A stretch of 58,534 nt of DNA, filler included, from Sphacelaria rigidula (Eukaryota), in the NCBI GenBank assembly GCA_964200075.2. It is 10 parts of 10 records of this genome, joined end to end, with 100 filler letters (N's around TTAATTAATTAA, not from the genome) between each part and the next. Parts side by side here need not be neighbours in the genome. Positions count along the whole stretch, not along the records: positions 23,457 to 29,220 come from CAXNAA020024642.1; positions 29,321 to 35,083 come from CAXNAA020024643.1; positions 35,184 to 40,946 come from CAXNAA020024644.1; 7 more parts are not named here. One strand, 5' to 3'. The translations under genes were made by a program, and so were the position numbers. The notes under the pieces were generated by a model, which had not been told where the DNA came from, did no database searches, and saw only the letters and a list, made by a program, of their open reading frames with translations. Of this stretch, positions 25,499 to 36,410 are shown in pieces; the stretch's first letter is position 1; the number at the start of each line of letters is the position of its first letter.

Positions 25499-25636
25499 CA
25501 CACCCTGGACAATGGAATACATTGTCAACAAGTGTACTACGCACAGTATCAAATCTACTTTCTTTTGCAACAGATACAATAGTCGATACTGTACGCAGTA
25601 CACTTTTTGACAATGTAATCTATTGTCCAGGGTGTG
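25499..25636. mobile_element. small hairpin MITE with CACACCCTGGACAAT termini
   Basis: CACACCCTGGACAAT...ATTGTCCAGGGTGTG; homologous to 8245-8381. Confidence 0.8.
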
Positions 25637-25804
25637 CTACGCTCACAAATTCGCGTCACCTTTTTTATTCGCAATGACCCCCCCCTCCCCCTCCGCCCCG
25701 CCCCACCTCCCCCGCCGGGGTTTCCGCTGAGAAACGTTGCATCCATTGAAAACATAACATATACTGTCCTCCTAAGGACAGCTGCCACACGTCGACCGAT
25801 CTGA

Positions 25805-25932
25805 TCATGCGCCAGCCGGAAGGAGATCACCACAGGTGGGAAGAGTGTCTTCGTGGGTTTGGTTTCCATAGAAAGAGAACTGTCGCACTTGACCGCCGTT
25901 CACAAGAGCCAATACTCCGGGTGGTAATATAC
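25805..25932 (-). CDS. LRR protein, terminal exon
   Basis: GILPPGVLALVNGGQVRQFSFYGNQ...LLPAGA*; cag acceptor, phase 1 from previous exon. Confidence 0.7.
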
Positions 25933-26347
25933 CTGAGCACCGACCGGAGACGGTAAAATGTCACTGAGACTTGCGTAATAGCAAACAGAACAAAGCCTTC
26001 GACACGGAGATTAATTCGTTATGTTCGAGGTGAAGGATAGCTATGCTGTTTTGCAGGAAAGCGTCCCGTCTACGGAGCTTAACCAACTATATTCATAGTA
26101 GCTCAATCAATCAGCACTCCGTGGTCGTGGTGCACAAAGGTGTGGCAAAGGTGCGTATTCTCGCACCACATTCTCCGCAGTGTAGAGCTCTCACGGATTG
26201 ACAATCGATGCGTGGAGCGTATCGGGATGCTCAACTCACGAAACGACATTCTGTGAATGCAACTGTAGCTACTTGAGCTGAAGCTGAGCTGCACCCAACC
26301 ATGTCTCAAGTTCCTGCACCCCGCTGGAACCACGTATAGTGCCCTAC

Positions 26348-26522
26348 CGTCGAGTTTGTTGCGATGCAGTAACAAGACTTCTAGTCGTCGCAGCTCTTCT
26401 AGGCGCTGCGGCACTGTTCCTTCGAAGCTATTCTCAGCAAGGTCGACGTGTCGAAGTAGCGTCAGTTCTCCGAGCCAGTCAGGCAATCTTCCACACAGCG
26501 CGTTCTCGCGTAGGAACAAACC
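26348..26522 (-). CDS. LRR protein (plant-type LxxLxLxxNxLxGxxP), exon
   Basis: GLFLRENALCGRLPDWLGELTLLRHVDLAENSFEGTVPQRLEELRRLEVLLLHRNKLDG; cag/gtagg. Confidence 0.9.
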
Positions 26523-26768
26523 CTGTTTTTCGTGATCAGACCGAGGGATCGCCAGGGAAGCAACTCATAGCCCCAGCATATAAAAAGGCCACCATCATTG
26601 AGGAAGCTACCCCAACGTAAGTCGTCTCAGTGAGGGGGGGAAAGTTGCGAACGCCGAGAGTAGCACAGAGATTGACGCTTCGACAACTAGAGGTCTCATA
26701 GTCACCGGCAACGTCGGGACGCACAAGTTCGGTCTCAGCTCGAGTGATGGGTCTACCGCAGACCGTAC

Positions 26769-26863
26769 CTCTAGGCACGGCAGGGCCCGTATTCCTGCGG
26801 GGAGTTCACCGCGTAGCGCATGGCTGGTCAGATCCAACCGCACAAGCTGCATGTATTGGTCAC
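26769..26863 (-). CDS. LRR protein, exon
   Basis: GDQYMQLVRLDLTSHALRGELPAGIRALPCLE; cag/gtacg; phases consistent. Confidence 0.85.
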
Positions 26864-27147
26864 CTGTGAAATCTTGAACGGAGCAAGAGGACACGTAAGA
26901 GTTCGACCATCTCCCGTGTGATGTGGTCACAGCAGACGCTCATGTAACAAGCTGAAGACCGTATCTCCCCAGAACCACTGTAGTGCCCCACAGGGCTAGG
27001 AACCTCCGATACTATTCAATACAAACGTCGCATTCGTGCGCGCTAGATTTGACCGTCATTCCATCTACGGCTTGGCGACATCCATGATCGTCAAGTTGCG
27101 CGGTGCGCAGCACCTTGAGCCTTTTCTCACATTTCGCGGATACAAAC

Positions 27148-27333
27148 CTGGTGGTTTAGAGGGAAGAAGGGTTTGAAGTTCCCCCGAAATCCCTCGACCG
27201 CCTCCCGGTCCTCTCCAGGTGAGTGCTCTCAACGACGTCAGCGTCGCAAGTGATGATAGTCCGTTATTGATGTTATTCCAGGACAACTCCACCGTTCGAA
27301 GCTTACTCAACTGAGTCAGGTCGGGTATGCATC
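27148..27333 (-). CDS. LRR protein, exon
   Basis: GCIPDLTQLSKLRTVELSWNNINNGLSSLATLTSLRALTW...; cag/gtttg; further upstream exons (27545-28313) plausible but unresolved. Confidence 0.82.
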
Positions 27334-29157
27334 CTGTTGGGCCAAAGAGTTGCCCGGAATCAAGTTTTAGGTGAATACTGAGATGTAAAATATCCGCCTT
27401 GCGAAGGTGATGGTTCGATCGCGGCTATCATAGGAATATTCTGGTCGTCTTGTGTGCAAAAATGAACTATCTAGAAAGGCGGGTGGGATGTGTTAGTTTG
27501 TGTTGGAGAAACTAAGCTTAACCGCGCTCGGCACTTGATTTTACCGTAGCTAGCGTTGGCTTGAGCAGCAGTCTTGCGATGTCCAGTTCTTGATTTGCTG
27601 CAACAGGGCACACAGGTACGTGCACCACCATGCCTAAGCTAGAAGCTCAGACAACAGGTATATCGTAAGTTCTATCGCATACCTTGACCACAGCCCCACA
27701 CTCTTACCTGCGTCTCCAGGTGTGGGCGAAGAATTCGAGGGGTAGGTGAAACACAACCGGGGCAAGCTCATCTAGCTACCGCCCTCCCTTCATTTTCTGG
27801 TCACGTATCGGCTACATATACCACTATGCCACTAATCACAACTCAAAAGAATACTACCTGATCTCAGCGCTCTATCCATCAACATACGTACGTAGTTGCG
27901 TATGCCGAACTACAGTCTTTGCGTGCAATCCCTGCTCTGTGCTTGATATTACTGAGAGTACCGAGGTTCCCATTACTCCTTGAGCTAGCTACTATGGCCT
28001 GCTAACAACCAAGAGATATGTTTGAGGGTGGTCGTTAGCTGCTCTACATAACTGCGTCATGAAAAACCACCAGCGAGTAACATCTTCGGGTTGACGCTCA
28101 TTATGTAATATGTGCAAGTCGCAATACGGCGCCACCTGGCGGTGGGGTATTTTGCAAACACCGAAAAAGTCTTCGCCACCACCTCATAGAGCTTGACTTC
28201 ACTACCAGGATGATGCATACCTGCGCAGCAGCGACGACGTGCGTCGAGAGTGATACGCGGTCCACGGCAAGCACGGTGCCTTCTGTGGCCACAATGCCTG
28301 TCGCTGCTGTCATGTGCTAGCCAAACCAGCCAAAATGGCCAAGGTACGCTCTTCATCGATGGGCATGTATCGTCATCAAAGGATTCGCCGCTTAATCGGC
28401 TGCTCCCAGAACACAGAAGATGGCTAGAGAGTGTCAGAAACGCGTGCGCCAAGGGCAGCTACTGGCAACCATTACAGGAGTAGACGGCCGCCACGCTACT
28501 TACTGCATACGCTTCCACCACCAGCTGCTCGGGGTAGAGGGTGTACTAGACGAAGGTATCGCCGTGTCAGCTTCTCTTTGCGTGCGTGCGAGCCCTTGCC
28601 CTCGCTGGTATGCGTACCGCTATCGTCGTGCAAAAAACATGTGAATCTACGTGAGTTTACCGGTCGGCCGGGAGCCCTCACAAGAGACCGATGGCGAGCA
28701 CTATTTTTGTTGTACTGAAATCAAATCATTCACCCAAAAACCCTACCTGGCTGGCAATCAACGTGCCGTGTGTCTACATTCGATTCACAGCAATTGAATC
28801 AGTTGGGCGGGCGTTTTTCCTCTCTCGGTTCTTCATCCATTGATGCTGCTTTTCGGGTCGTTTGGCGTCGATTGGTGAACAATGTGCCCATTTGAGTGGT
28901 TCAGTTTCAACCAAATGATAATATAAATTATATTCTACCTGTGTTTCCACACACGGTTATTTGCGCCGCCGTAGCTAAAGGATTAAAACTTCCAATGATT
29001 TTGTCCAGCTCCGGAAAATGTTTCGGGACCTCGTCCCTAGGCAACGACAGTCTCGACGCACTACACGCATCCATCCGGCTTGAAACGGTCGCATCTTCGA
29101 GATTCGACTTGCAATGATGTACAGAAACAATCGGAAGGATTCATCCGTTTCTTTAAC

Positions 29158-29158
29158 G

Positions 29159-29189
<31 letters not shown>
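29158..29189. repeat. (GTT)n microsatellite
   Basis: Trinucleotide run. Confidence 0.9.
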
Positions 29190-29320
29190 CTTCACATTAA
29201 AAAACCGTTCCGATATCTGCNNNNNNNNNNNNNNNNNNNNNNNNNNNNNNNNNNNNNNNNNNNNTTAATTAATTAANNNNNNNNNNNNNNNNNNNNNNNN
29301 NNNNNNNNNNNNNNNNNNNN

Positions 29321-29603
29321 CTCCGGGAATCGAACCCCCCAACTCAACCGTCAGAAGATTACGAGGTTACCAACTGAGCCACCGGGGCGACCGGCACAGT
29401 CGACGAGGGAAAAGTACCGCTGAACCCTTCTCGCGATAGAAAAACATGGCAAGAACCCCAGAAGGTCACCCGTAATGAAAAAACAAGAGGAAAAAATATA
29501 GAAACACTCTGTGTTGACCTCCCTGTGTGGCTTCGATTGATACGCCAACATGTACCGAAGCGTGTATACAGGCGTCCAGAATAGATGGGATGACAACACA
29601 CAC
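29321..29603. mobile_element. tRNA-derived SINE with head (29321-29395, minus) inverted relative to body (29398-29603, plus)
   Basis: Reverse-complement head ...gaggttaccaactgagccaccggggcgaccggc directly followed by plus-strand body gtcgacgagggaaa...gaatagatggga. Confidence 0.78.
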
Positions 29604-30483
29604 GTTGTAGTAAAAATTGAGCTAGTTTCAGAGTGTTCGGTCTCATTACTAGGGTTCGCTCCAGAACCACATTACAGTTCGCAAATGCGGCGCAACCACT
29701 TTTGTACTGGGTTTGGACTGCCGTACAAACCCCTTTGATAGTTCTGGAGTCCAACACGTCGGATCTACAGGATAACGAAGCCATGGCTCAAGATGCTGCG
29801 GATGAAGCATGGGAGGTGCATAGCCTCGAGGCAGTGTCGAAACTGCCCGGTGACAGACTTGGTCCGCAACGAAAGTCACTGAGGATGCACCACAAAGCGG
29901 GGAAGCAGTAGTCATCCGCACTGCGATGATTATTTGATTGTTGATTGATCGATTGATCGTCGCACTTCAACTGCGTCCCCAGGGGTCCAGCCGTGGTCTC
30001 ATGATGGACGTGCCCGAGAAAAACGAAACTGAAACACGCTCTGAAGAAAAGAAGGAACAGGGAAAAAAAAAAAGTCGAACAGAACGACGTAGCAGACTAA
30101 TGCGTAACAAGAAAAGCCATTGAAAAAGTCAACACAAGCAACGAACAGAAAGAAATGATGGCCGACCTGAAACAAAAAAGGGGGAAAAAGAAGAGGAAAA
30201 TAAAGAGCAAATACAAAAAAACGATGAAGGAAAAAAAAGGGCCCAGAAGATTCAGGGCAGCAGCGTAGGTACAGATACACACCAGTGGGCACCGCAGAGC
30301 CACCGACTGAGGACATAATCAACAACCTAAACGAGCAGACACGACCCTTATATTGGCAGCCCTCGACGCAGCAGCCTCTCGCTTGTGACGGCGGTCTGAT
30401 GTCGCTTGTGTGTATGACCCAATCGTATGCATCGTTAACCTCTATAGGGTGGGGCATCCACCGTTATACACATTTGCGACGTG

Positions 30484-30725
30484 CTAGACCGACATTTATG
30501 GGAACCAATCTGTATTTACGAATATGAGGATTTCAGCCCGTCACAGGCGATTTTCTCCCGTGGATTGATTTTTGGGAGCCCAGTCTGTTGAGCAATATTT
30601 TTCGGCTTGATGTGAGAAAACTGGATTAATTCTCCGATTCTCTGGACGTTGACTTGATCAATTCTCCGATGCTCTGGGCATTGACTTTGGTGATCACCTT
30701 TCTGCTCAAATCCGGAAACTCCCGT
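30484..30725 (+). mobile_element. single arm of the foldback family seen at 4993-5472
   Basis: aggatttcagcc...ttttctcccgtggattgattttt...cccagtc...attaattctcc-attctctggacgttgact...cacctttctgctcaaatc shared. Confidence 0.7.
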
Positions 30726-31113
30726 ATCTCCCCCGATTTCTGCTCTGATATTTGTCGGACAAAATGAAACGATTGATAATACCCTTAAAGTAACTGCAAG
30801 GGCCGCAACTTGTAGCAGGGGGTAAATCCTGTAATTCCGGATGATCTGATCAAACGAGATGAGAGAATCCTCGACAGGCACTTACGGTGATTTCTCTTTA
30901 TTCGGAGGGTACTTCCCACCCATATGTTACAGAGCCGCACTACCACAGGACTAACGGTAAGCCCTGCACGCCTCGCGACGAAACTGTGGTGAATAGAAAG
31001 TATCTCAATCTGTACTCACGCAGCTGTGTTTGCATTTGCTTGGGGGTTCTTCAACTGCACCATCCCGTCGAACTAATTTTGTGTACGTATTGCATTTCCT
31101 TTCACGTGGGCAG

Positions 31114-31216
31114 GGCGCAGGTATGTAGGCACCTCGCCCAGGTCATCGCTGACGGGAGCTGGACGGGAGTGACTTGGGGTATCGCTGGCAGGAGCAGGGC
31201 GAAGCTAGAGGAAAAG
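31114..31216 (+). CDS. SCCPDH: saccharopine dehydrogenase-like oxidoreductase, exon
   Basis: AQVCRHLAQVIADGSWTGVTWGIAGRSRAKLEEK (W-IAGRS--KL motif); acceptor could alternatively be at 31121; the GATGFTG-type first exon was not located. Confidence 0.85.
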
Positions 31217-32402
31217 GTACAGGATGCATCATTGTACGTATGGACCGGAAGAGGTTCTCTATAATGCCTTTCCTGCCGCGTGTTCTAGTGGAGAGCACGG
31301 GGTGCTGAATTCTCAGGCAGGTGTGCTGTACCTTATCGTAGCGCCACTTCTTGGTACATGAAAACAATACCTCATCCTGTGGTGACACCTCTTCCACGGA
31401 ACCAAAGATGAAATTAGAGAAGAGCTTCGACCGGACAGCCACACATCCGCAATCTCTTTGAACGAAAATCCTAACCCTCTCTCATGCTTCCGCGTTTCTG
31501 TTGCACAAACTACGGGAGCGTTGCTTCACCTACCTTCGAGCTACAGTATATCCGTGTGACCAACATGCCCTTCATACTCTGGACACAAATGCAAAATATT
31601 CATGACGTACTGTAGGAGTGCGCAGTCAAAAAAACGCCCCAAGTTCTGCTTGGCAGAGAAGCATATAACAGACGCAACTTGAACGAATCCGTCATTATTT
31701 CATCGCGGTTGACCCTCTCTGGAATCTAAGCCTAAGCCTAAGCCTTACTCCTACCCGAGGTATTCCGTGAACCTTCGGGCAAGGGATATATCCCTAGGCT
31801 GTCCTAGACAGAGTTTCCATTGACGGAGCATAAATCGGTGCCGTAGGCGCCGATATGAGCAAAATAGCCTGCTGTGTACGCTAGAAGCACTCGAGACTTG
31901 TCAGCCCAATCAAGATTCGAATCTGATGGCCCTACACATTTTTTTTTGTCATACTCTACACCTCTCCCCTTCCTCGGGACGAGTCCGTGGTCTCAAGGGA
32001 TCAACCCATCTCTCTCTCTCCCCGGTACAGTACACGCCTTGCATCTTGGGTCTCGCCGATTGGGTGAGTACTCCACTCCTGCAGCGCGTCAACTCTCGTC
32101 AAACAAACTCGGTGGGTTACTCTGTCCACTCACCTCCTGACGCTTCTGACGGTGGAAATCAGATCCTTGGAAGAAAACACCCGACGCATCTGACGAGAAT
32201 TGAAACCACGCTTCTCTTTCGTCATGATGGCGTCTGTCAGATCATTGAACCATCGGGGCGCGGGGGTTAAGTACGAGTATGATTCAAGCGTGGAATTTTG
32301 ACCACGGAGGTGTGTAGACTCTGCTGGCATCGTGCACGAACGCAAAACCCCGAATCATAACTCGCCTACATCTTGAACTTGAAAACATCTCCTGTGTACA
32401 AG

Positions 32403-32584
32403 GTACTAGCCCCGTTGCGTGCGGAGGGCTTGACTCCACCGCCGGAGAGCAATATCATCTGCGTTGACAACTCAGACGCGGCAGGGCTGAAGGAGGCCGT
32501 GGGGCGGGCCCGACTTTGTCTTAACTGCACGGGGCCGTATCGCTTCTTGGGGGAATCGGTTGTAGAGGCCTGCGTTGAAGCGGG
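32403..32584 (+). CDS. SCCPDH: saccharopine dehydrogenase-like oxidoreductase, exon
   Basis: ...RLCLNCTGPYRFLGESVVEACVEAG (NC-GPYRF-GE-VV-AC motif); aag/gtgag. Confidence 0.93.
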
Positions 32585-33680
32585 GTGAGCGGGAGATGTG
32601 GGATGTAGGGGCAAGGCCGACTTTCATTGATTGGTTATTGACTTGTCGAATGCTTTACACGACTGTTGTATGTGTTGAGATCTTTTACGGCAGAGGCGCT
32701 CGTGTGTTTTTGACGTCAAGTCACGAGGCGTTCTCGTTGGCATACATTATGCACTCTCTGGAGAATGACTGCTGATGCTTCACTGTTGTGAAAGAGTTCG
32801 ACCGATTTGCGACGGATCACGCCGTGGTGGCAAGGAAGATAGCGTACAAGTCACCATGATGAACAGTGAAATGGAAATGTCCGCCATAAAGGAAAACTGA
32901 AGGTTGAACAGAGAGGACAAAAAAGGGCGAAGCATAACGGATACAGTCGAACATCTGCTAAGGACATTCTTTTTAATGACACGCCCTTCATTAGGGACAC
33001 AAGAATTACCACAAGCAAGGTGCCCCGCAGAATAAATAGAGGGCCCCCGCAGAATGTATGTAAGAGGGGGGAGAGTATACAATCACCCGGGCGAGAACTT
33101 CTCTCCGTTAAGGGCACTTTTTTCAAAAAGGAAAACCGGGTGTGCCCTTAATCGAGGTTCGACTTCACTATGAGCTAAAATTCAGGGGATGCAAACAGTA
33201 TTATGTGCTCGGGGCTGGGGTTGAAAGCAGAGGCAGCTAATGCTTAAAAGATCTGGGGCTAGGTTGGCCTGGGGACGAGGATGTGTGTGAGTTGCGGATT
33301 GTCGAGTATGTCACTTGTCATGAGAACGTGGCTCAGGTGTAGAATCAGGGTGTATTGCACGGCCAAGAGGTTGGTGGGATGTTTTGCGTGCTGGTTGCTC
33401 GAGTAAGGGTTCGGCCCGCCACGTTCTTTGTGTTTACGGGGCGCGAGCAGTTAGCTGGCCGTAGCAGCCGTTTTGGTCCTTCGCTGTGACTGATGATATC
33501 ACACATTGACTTGAAATGCAACAAATAGTGTGCGAGGGACAAACCGCGATATAATTATTGTGTCATGCTCCGATGTTTGTCACGGTAACGAGTCGTTGAC
33601 TAGACTGCTATAGTGCTCGGAATGCCACAACATTTGATTGATGTGTCAGTGTGACGTCTGTGGGTGCACGACTTGAGCAG

Positions 33681-33793
33681 GACGGACTACATCGACCTGT
33701 GCGGCGAGCCGGAGTTCATGCAGAGAATGATCCTCAAGTTCCACCAAAAGGCCGCAGAGAAGGGGGTTCTGATTATGCATGCGTGTGCCTTCG
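33681..33793 (+). CDS. SCCPDH: saccharopine dehydrogenase-like oxidoreductase, exon
   Basis: TDYIDLCGEPEFMQRMILKFHQKAAEKGVLIMHACAF; cag/gtgag; not in the ORF track. Confidence 0.93.
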
Positions 33794-34079
33794 GTGAGCA
33801 CGTTCAAGATTCGAATTCTTGACTAATTGGCTGATTGATTGTCCCACGTTAACTGACTCCTGAGGTACCCAGCCGTCGTCACTATCAGCGAGGTAGATGT
33901 ATTGTACCGAAGGTAAACAAAACAGGAGAAGTAGCTGAATAAAAGTGAAGGGAACACAGAGATCGAACATGCAAAGCAGAGTAGAGTAGACTGAAGGCGA
34001 ACAAACATGATACACTAAAAATGACCGCCCTCTACATCATGGCTTCATGTAGGAAAGGCCTCGAAAAAAACGCACACGC

Positions 34080-34210
34080 ACTCATACCTGAACAAAAACA
34101 AAAAACGGTAGGAACAGATTGCCGTTCACTTACTTCGGCCACACTATTTTGGGTATGAGCTCTCACTCACGAATCCTACGAAGGTACGTTGCATACACCG
34201 GGAGGAAATA
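34080..34210 (-). mobile_element. LINE 3' UTR fragment
   Basis: Similar to 48235-48390 (atacctga...acagatt...ggcca...gtatgagct...cacgaatcctacg...ccgggagg). Confidence 0.55.
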
Positions 34211-34527
34211 AACACACACATACCTCACACGCATAGAGAAATGAAAGAGAGATTCCATGCGGCGGAGTTTGAAATGCCGAGGAACGAAACGTAGCCATGT
34301 AGGCGGTAGACGGTAGACGTGTTGTACTAATTAAATGCTACGCTTTATGCTGACGTGGAATCGCGGGACTGTATGCGTGGTGGAAGTCTTGCGCCGAGGT
34401 GAATCTTGGTCAAGAAAATGGAAATGACGCAGCGATCCTGGAGATTCGACCCAAAAGATGGAAGCAATAATCTGCAGCGGATGATGACGTCATACATGTT
34501 GTTGCACATATACGAATTGTTTTTCAG

Positions 34528-34636
34528 ATTCTGTACCGGCGGACCTGGGGTGCTTGTTCGCCGCGAAGCAGTTCCAGTCTCCCAGCGTGTGTTCGCACGT
34601 TTCTTCGTATCTGAGCGTCAACACCGGCCCCGCAGG
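34528..34636 (+). CDS. SCCPDH: saccharopine dehydrogenase-like oxidoreductase, exon
   Basis: DSVPADLGCLFAAKQFQSPSVCSHVSSYLSVNTGPAG completes the FDS-P-DLG motif; cag/gtaag. Confidence 0.9.
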
Positions 34637-34909
34637 GTAAGCGTGTAAGCGTGAGCATGATATGGCAAGTCGTACCTTGTGCGGGACAGTGAGTACACTA
34701 CCGCAGTAAGTAGCACAGTGAGTACCACACCGGTATAACAATCAAGAGCGGAGTGGCCAAGGGTTACCTGAAGCATGTCTGTACAGCGCTGCTAGGGTGG
34801 GAGTTGTGGAGTGCAATGACACTGTAAAAGTTGTCCTTACGCCACCTTCTTGTTGCTGTAGCTGTTGGAGTCCAAGTCGTGGAGTCAAGTGTTGATAGTT
34901 ATGTACAAC

Positions 34910-35083
34910 TCCCCCCCCTGCCAATGGTCTGATGACTACGGCATGCATGATCATGAGTATCCCCCCCCCCCGGTTAGATACCCATGAGGCAGTGTAAAAC
35001 CGTGGCTGTCTCTGGAAGTGGCGATACCACAGAATAAAGTAACTCATTGTTGACTGTCATCCAAATGCAAGATAATCAGTAGG
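34910..35083 (+). repeat. poly(C)-ended repeat: truncated copy, C tract, then start of a long copy
   Basis: C9-tgccaatggtctgatgactacggcatgcatgatcatgagtat-C11-ggttagatacccatgaggcagtg... Confidence 0.82.
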
Positions 35084-35616
35084 NNNNNNNNNNNNNNNNN
35101 NNNNNNNNNNNNNNNNNNNNNNNNNNNTTAATTAATTAANNNNNNNNNNNNNNNNNNNNNNNNNNNNNNNNNNNNNNNNNNNNCTTTCGTGCAAGACAGA
35201 TATGCCACTTCAGCCCCATATTTTGTTTGAACCCCAAAATATAAAATCGGCTGTTAAATGGCACTGTAGTCCATCTGCGATGCTTAAATAAGGTTGGGCC
35301 CGCTACTCGGTACATGGAGAGGTGAGCCATGAGTAGGATGGAGTACACCCGCGTACTGTAAACGGCATGTTGTACTGCAGTCCATGTTTCGATGCTTGGG
35401 ATGAAGTGACACCCGCTGTGTATGTGGGAATCTCCTAGCCACGAATAAGACTGGGTACCCACATGCTCCAAGAGCTACCACCATACCTGCACCTACTCAA
35501 ATTCAAGCCACCCCAAGAAACTGATGAGAGCCAATGTCAGGTGTGTCGTTTTTCCATAATTTCATATTCACGAAGGACTAATCGCGGCAACCATCATGTT
35601 GCTGTCACTCTCAGCC

Positions 35617-35725
35617 TCCCCCCCCCCCCAGCGCCGTCTCGATAGGGATGCGTGGTCAATGATCGAACGACTAAGGCAAGCAACAAATGAGTACGCCCCC
35701 TCCCCCTCCCCCTCCGACCCTCCCT
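35617..35725 (+). repeat. poly(C)-ended repeat, short form
   Basis: C tract-agcgccgtctcgatagggatgcgtggtcaatgatcgaacgactaaggcaagcaacaaatgagtacg-C tract. Confidence 0.85.
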
Positions 35726-35733
35726 GAAAATAC

Positions 35734-35845
35734 CTGCGACCGACATTGTGTAGTTGTGCACGGCCTTGCCTACCGGCAATGGTCCTGTCCACTCTGGGAG
35801 CTCGGTGGAGAACATCGAAAGGCTGTAGAGTGGCGTGGTTTCACT
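35734..35845 (-). CDS. PKD/REJ-like domain protein, exon
   Basis: SETTPLYSLSMFSTELPEWTGPLPVGKAVHNYTMSVA (LP-G----NYT-- motif); tag/gtatt; phase 0 from previous exon. Confidence 0.72.
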
Positions 35846-36237
35846 CTATATGACAGTGTTAAGTAGGTAACGTGGGCAGAAAACAACGATTTCCTCGGTG
35901 GTAGCTTCAAGTGATTTCGCTGGACATTCAAGATAATTGTTGACGTCCTGGCGCCTACGTGAGGGCCACGGACGAAGTGCTTCAGCATCGGAAAACGTTG
36001 CAGAGCATGAAACAAACAAGCTGCTGCCGGTGGTGTCGGCGCGACCTCATTAGGTCTGTGCTTGCTAAAGTCGTATAAGAGGTGTTATCAAGGCGTGCTG
36101 TTCGCTTGAATCGACGTAGCTTCAAAACGCCTTGTTCACCTCGCGTTTGGGCGCCACGGGAAAAGCTGCTCGAGAGTAGCCAGAGAGCCGTTCCGTTTGA
36201 GCGGTATGACAAACTAAGAACCATGTAGATGCCATAC

Positions 36238-36410
36238 CTCGCCGTATGCAACTGAGAAGGAGAACACGAGCGGCAAGTCGTCAGCATCGTCGCCCCAGCC
36301 CAGACTTTCGAGCGCGAATGTATCTATTGCCGCAGTCCCCGCCCTCGGAGCAGCGTCGACGTAGCCACCGTAAGGGGCGGAGTTCACCAGGATCGTCACT
36401 TCAGCGAACC
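36238..36410 (-). CDS. PKD/REJ-like domain protein, exon
   Basis: GFAEVTILVNSAPYGGYVDAAPRAGTAAIDTFALESLGWGDDADDLPLVFSFSVAYGE matches the REJ pattern VN--P-GG-----P--G------F------W-D-D-PL-Y/F-F; cag/gtatg. Confidence 0.82.

Noticed and set aside
26348..27333. ROCO-type shuffling LRR exon array
   Set aside because: Exons are unequal in length and not 72-nt single-repeat modules; no Roc/COR domain seen
29640..30460. Possible exons upstream of the SCCPDH-like gene
   Set aside because: No recognisable motif or phase-consistent splice path; the expected GxxGFTG exon was not found
31725..31745. (CTAAGC)n and other telomere-like runs as a real chromosome end
   Set aside because: Only about three units, interstitial and inside an intron
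35521..35560. Hammerhead ribozyme core CTGATGA (also 34929, 39327, 39539, 57511)
   Set aside because: No following stem II and GAAA in the correct arrangement seen by eye
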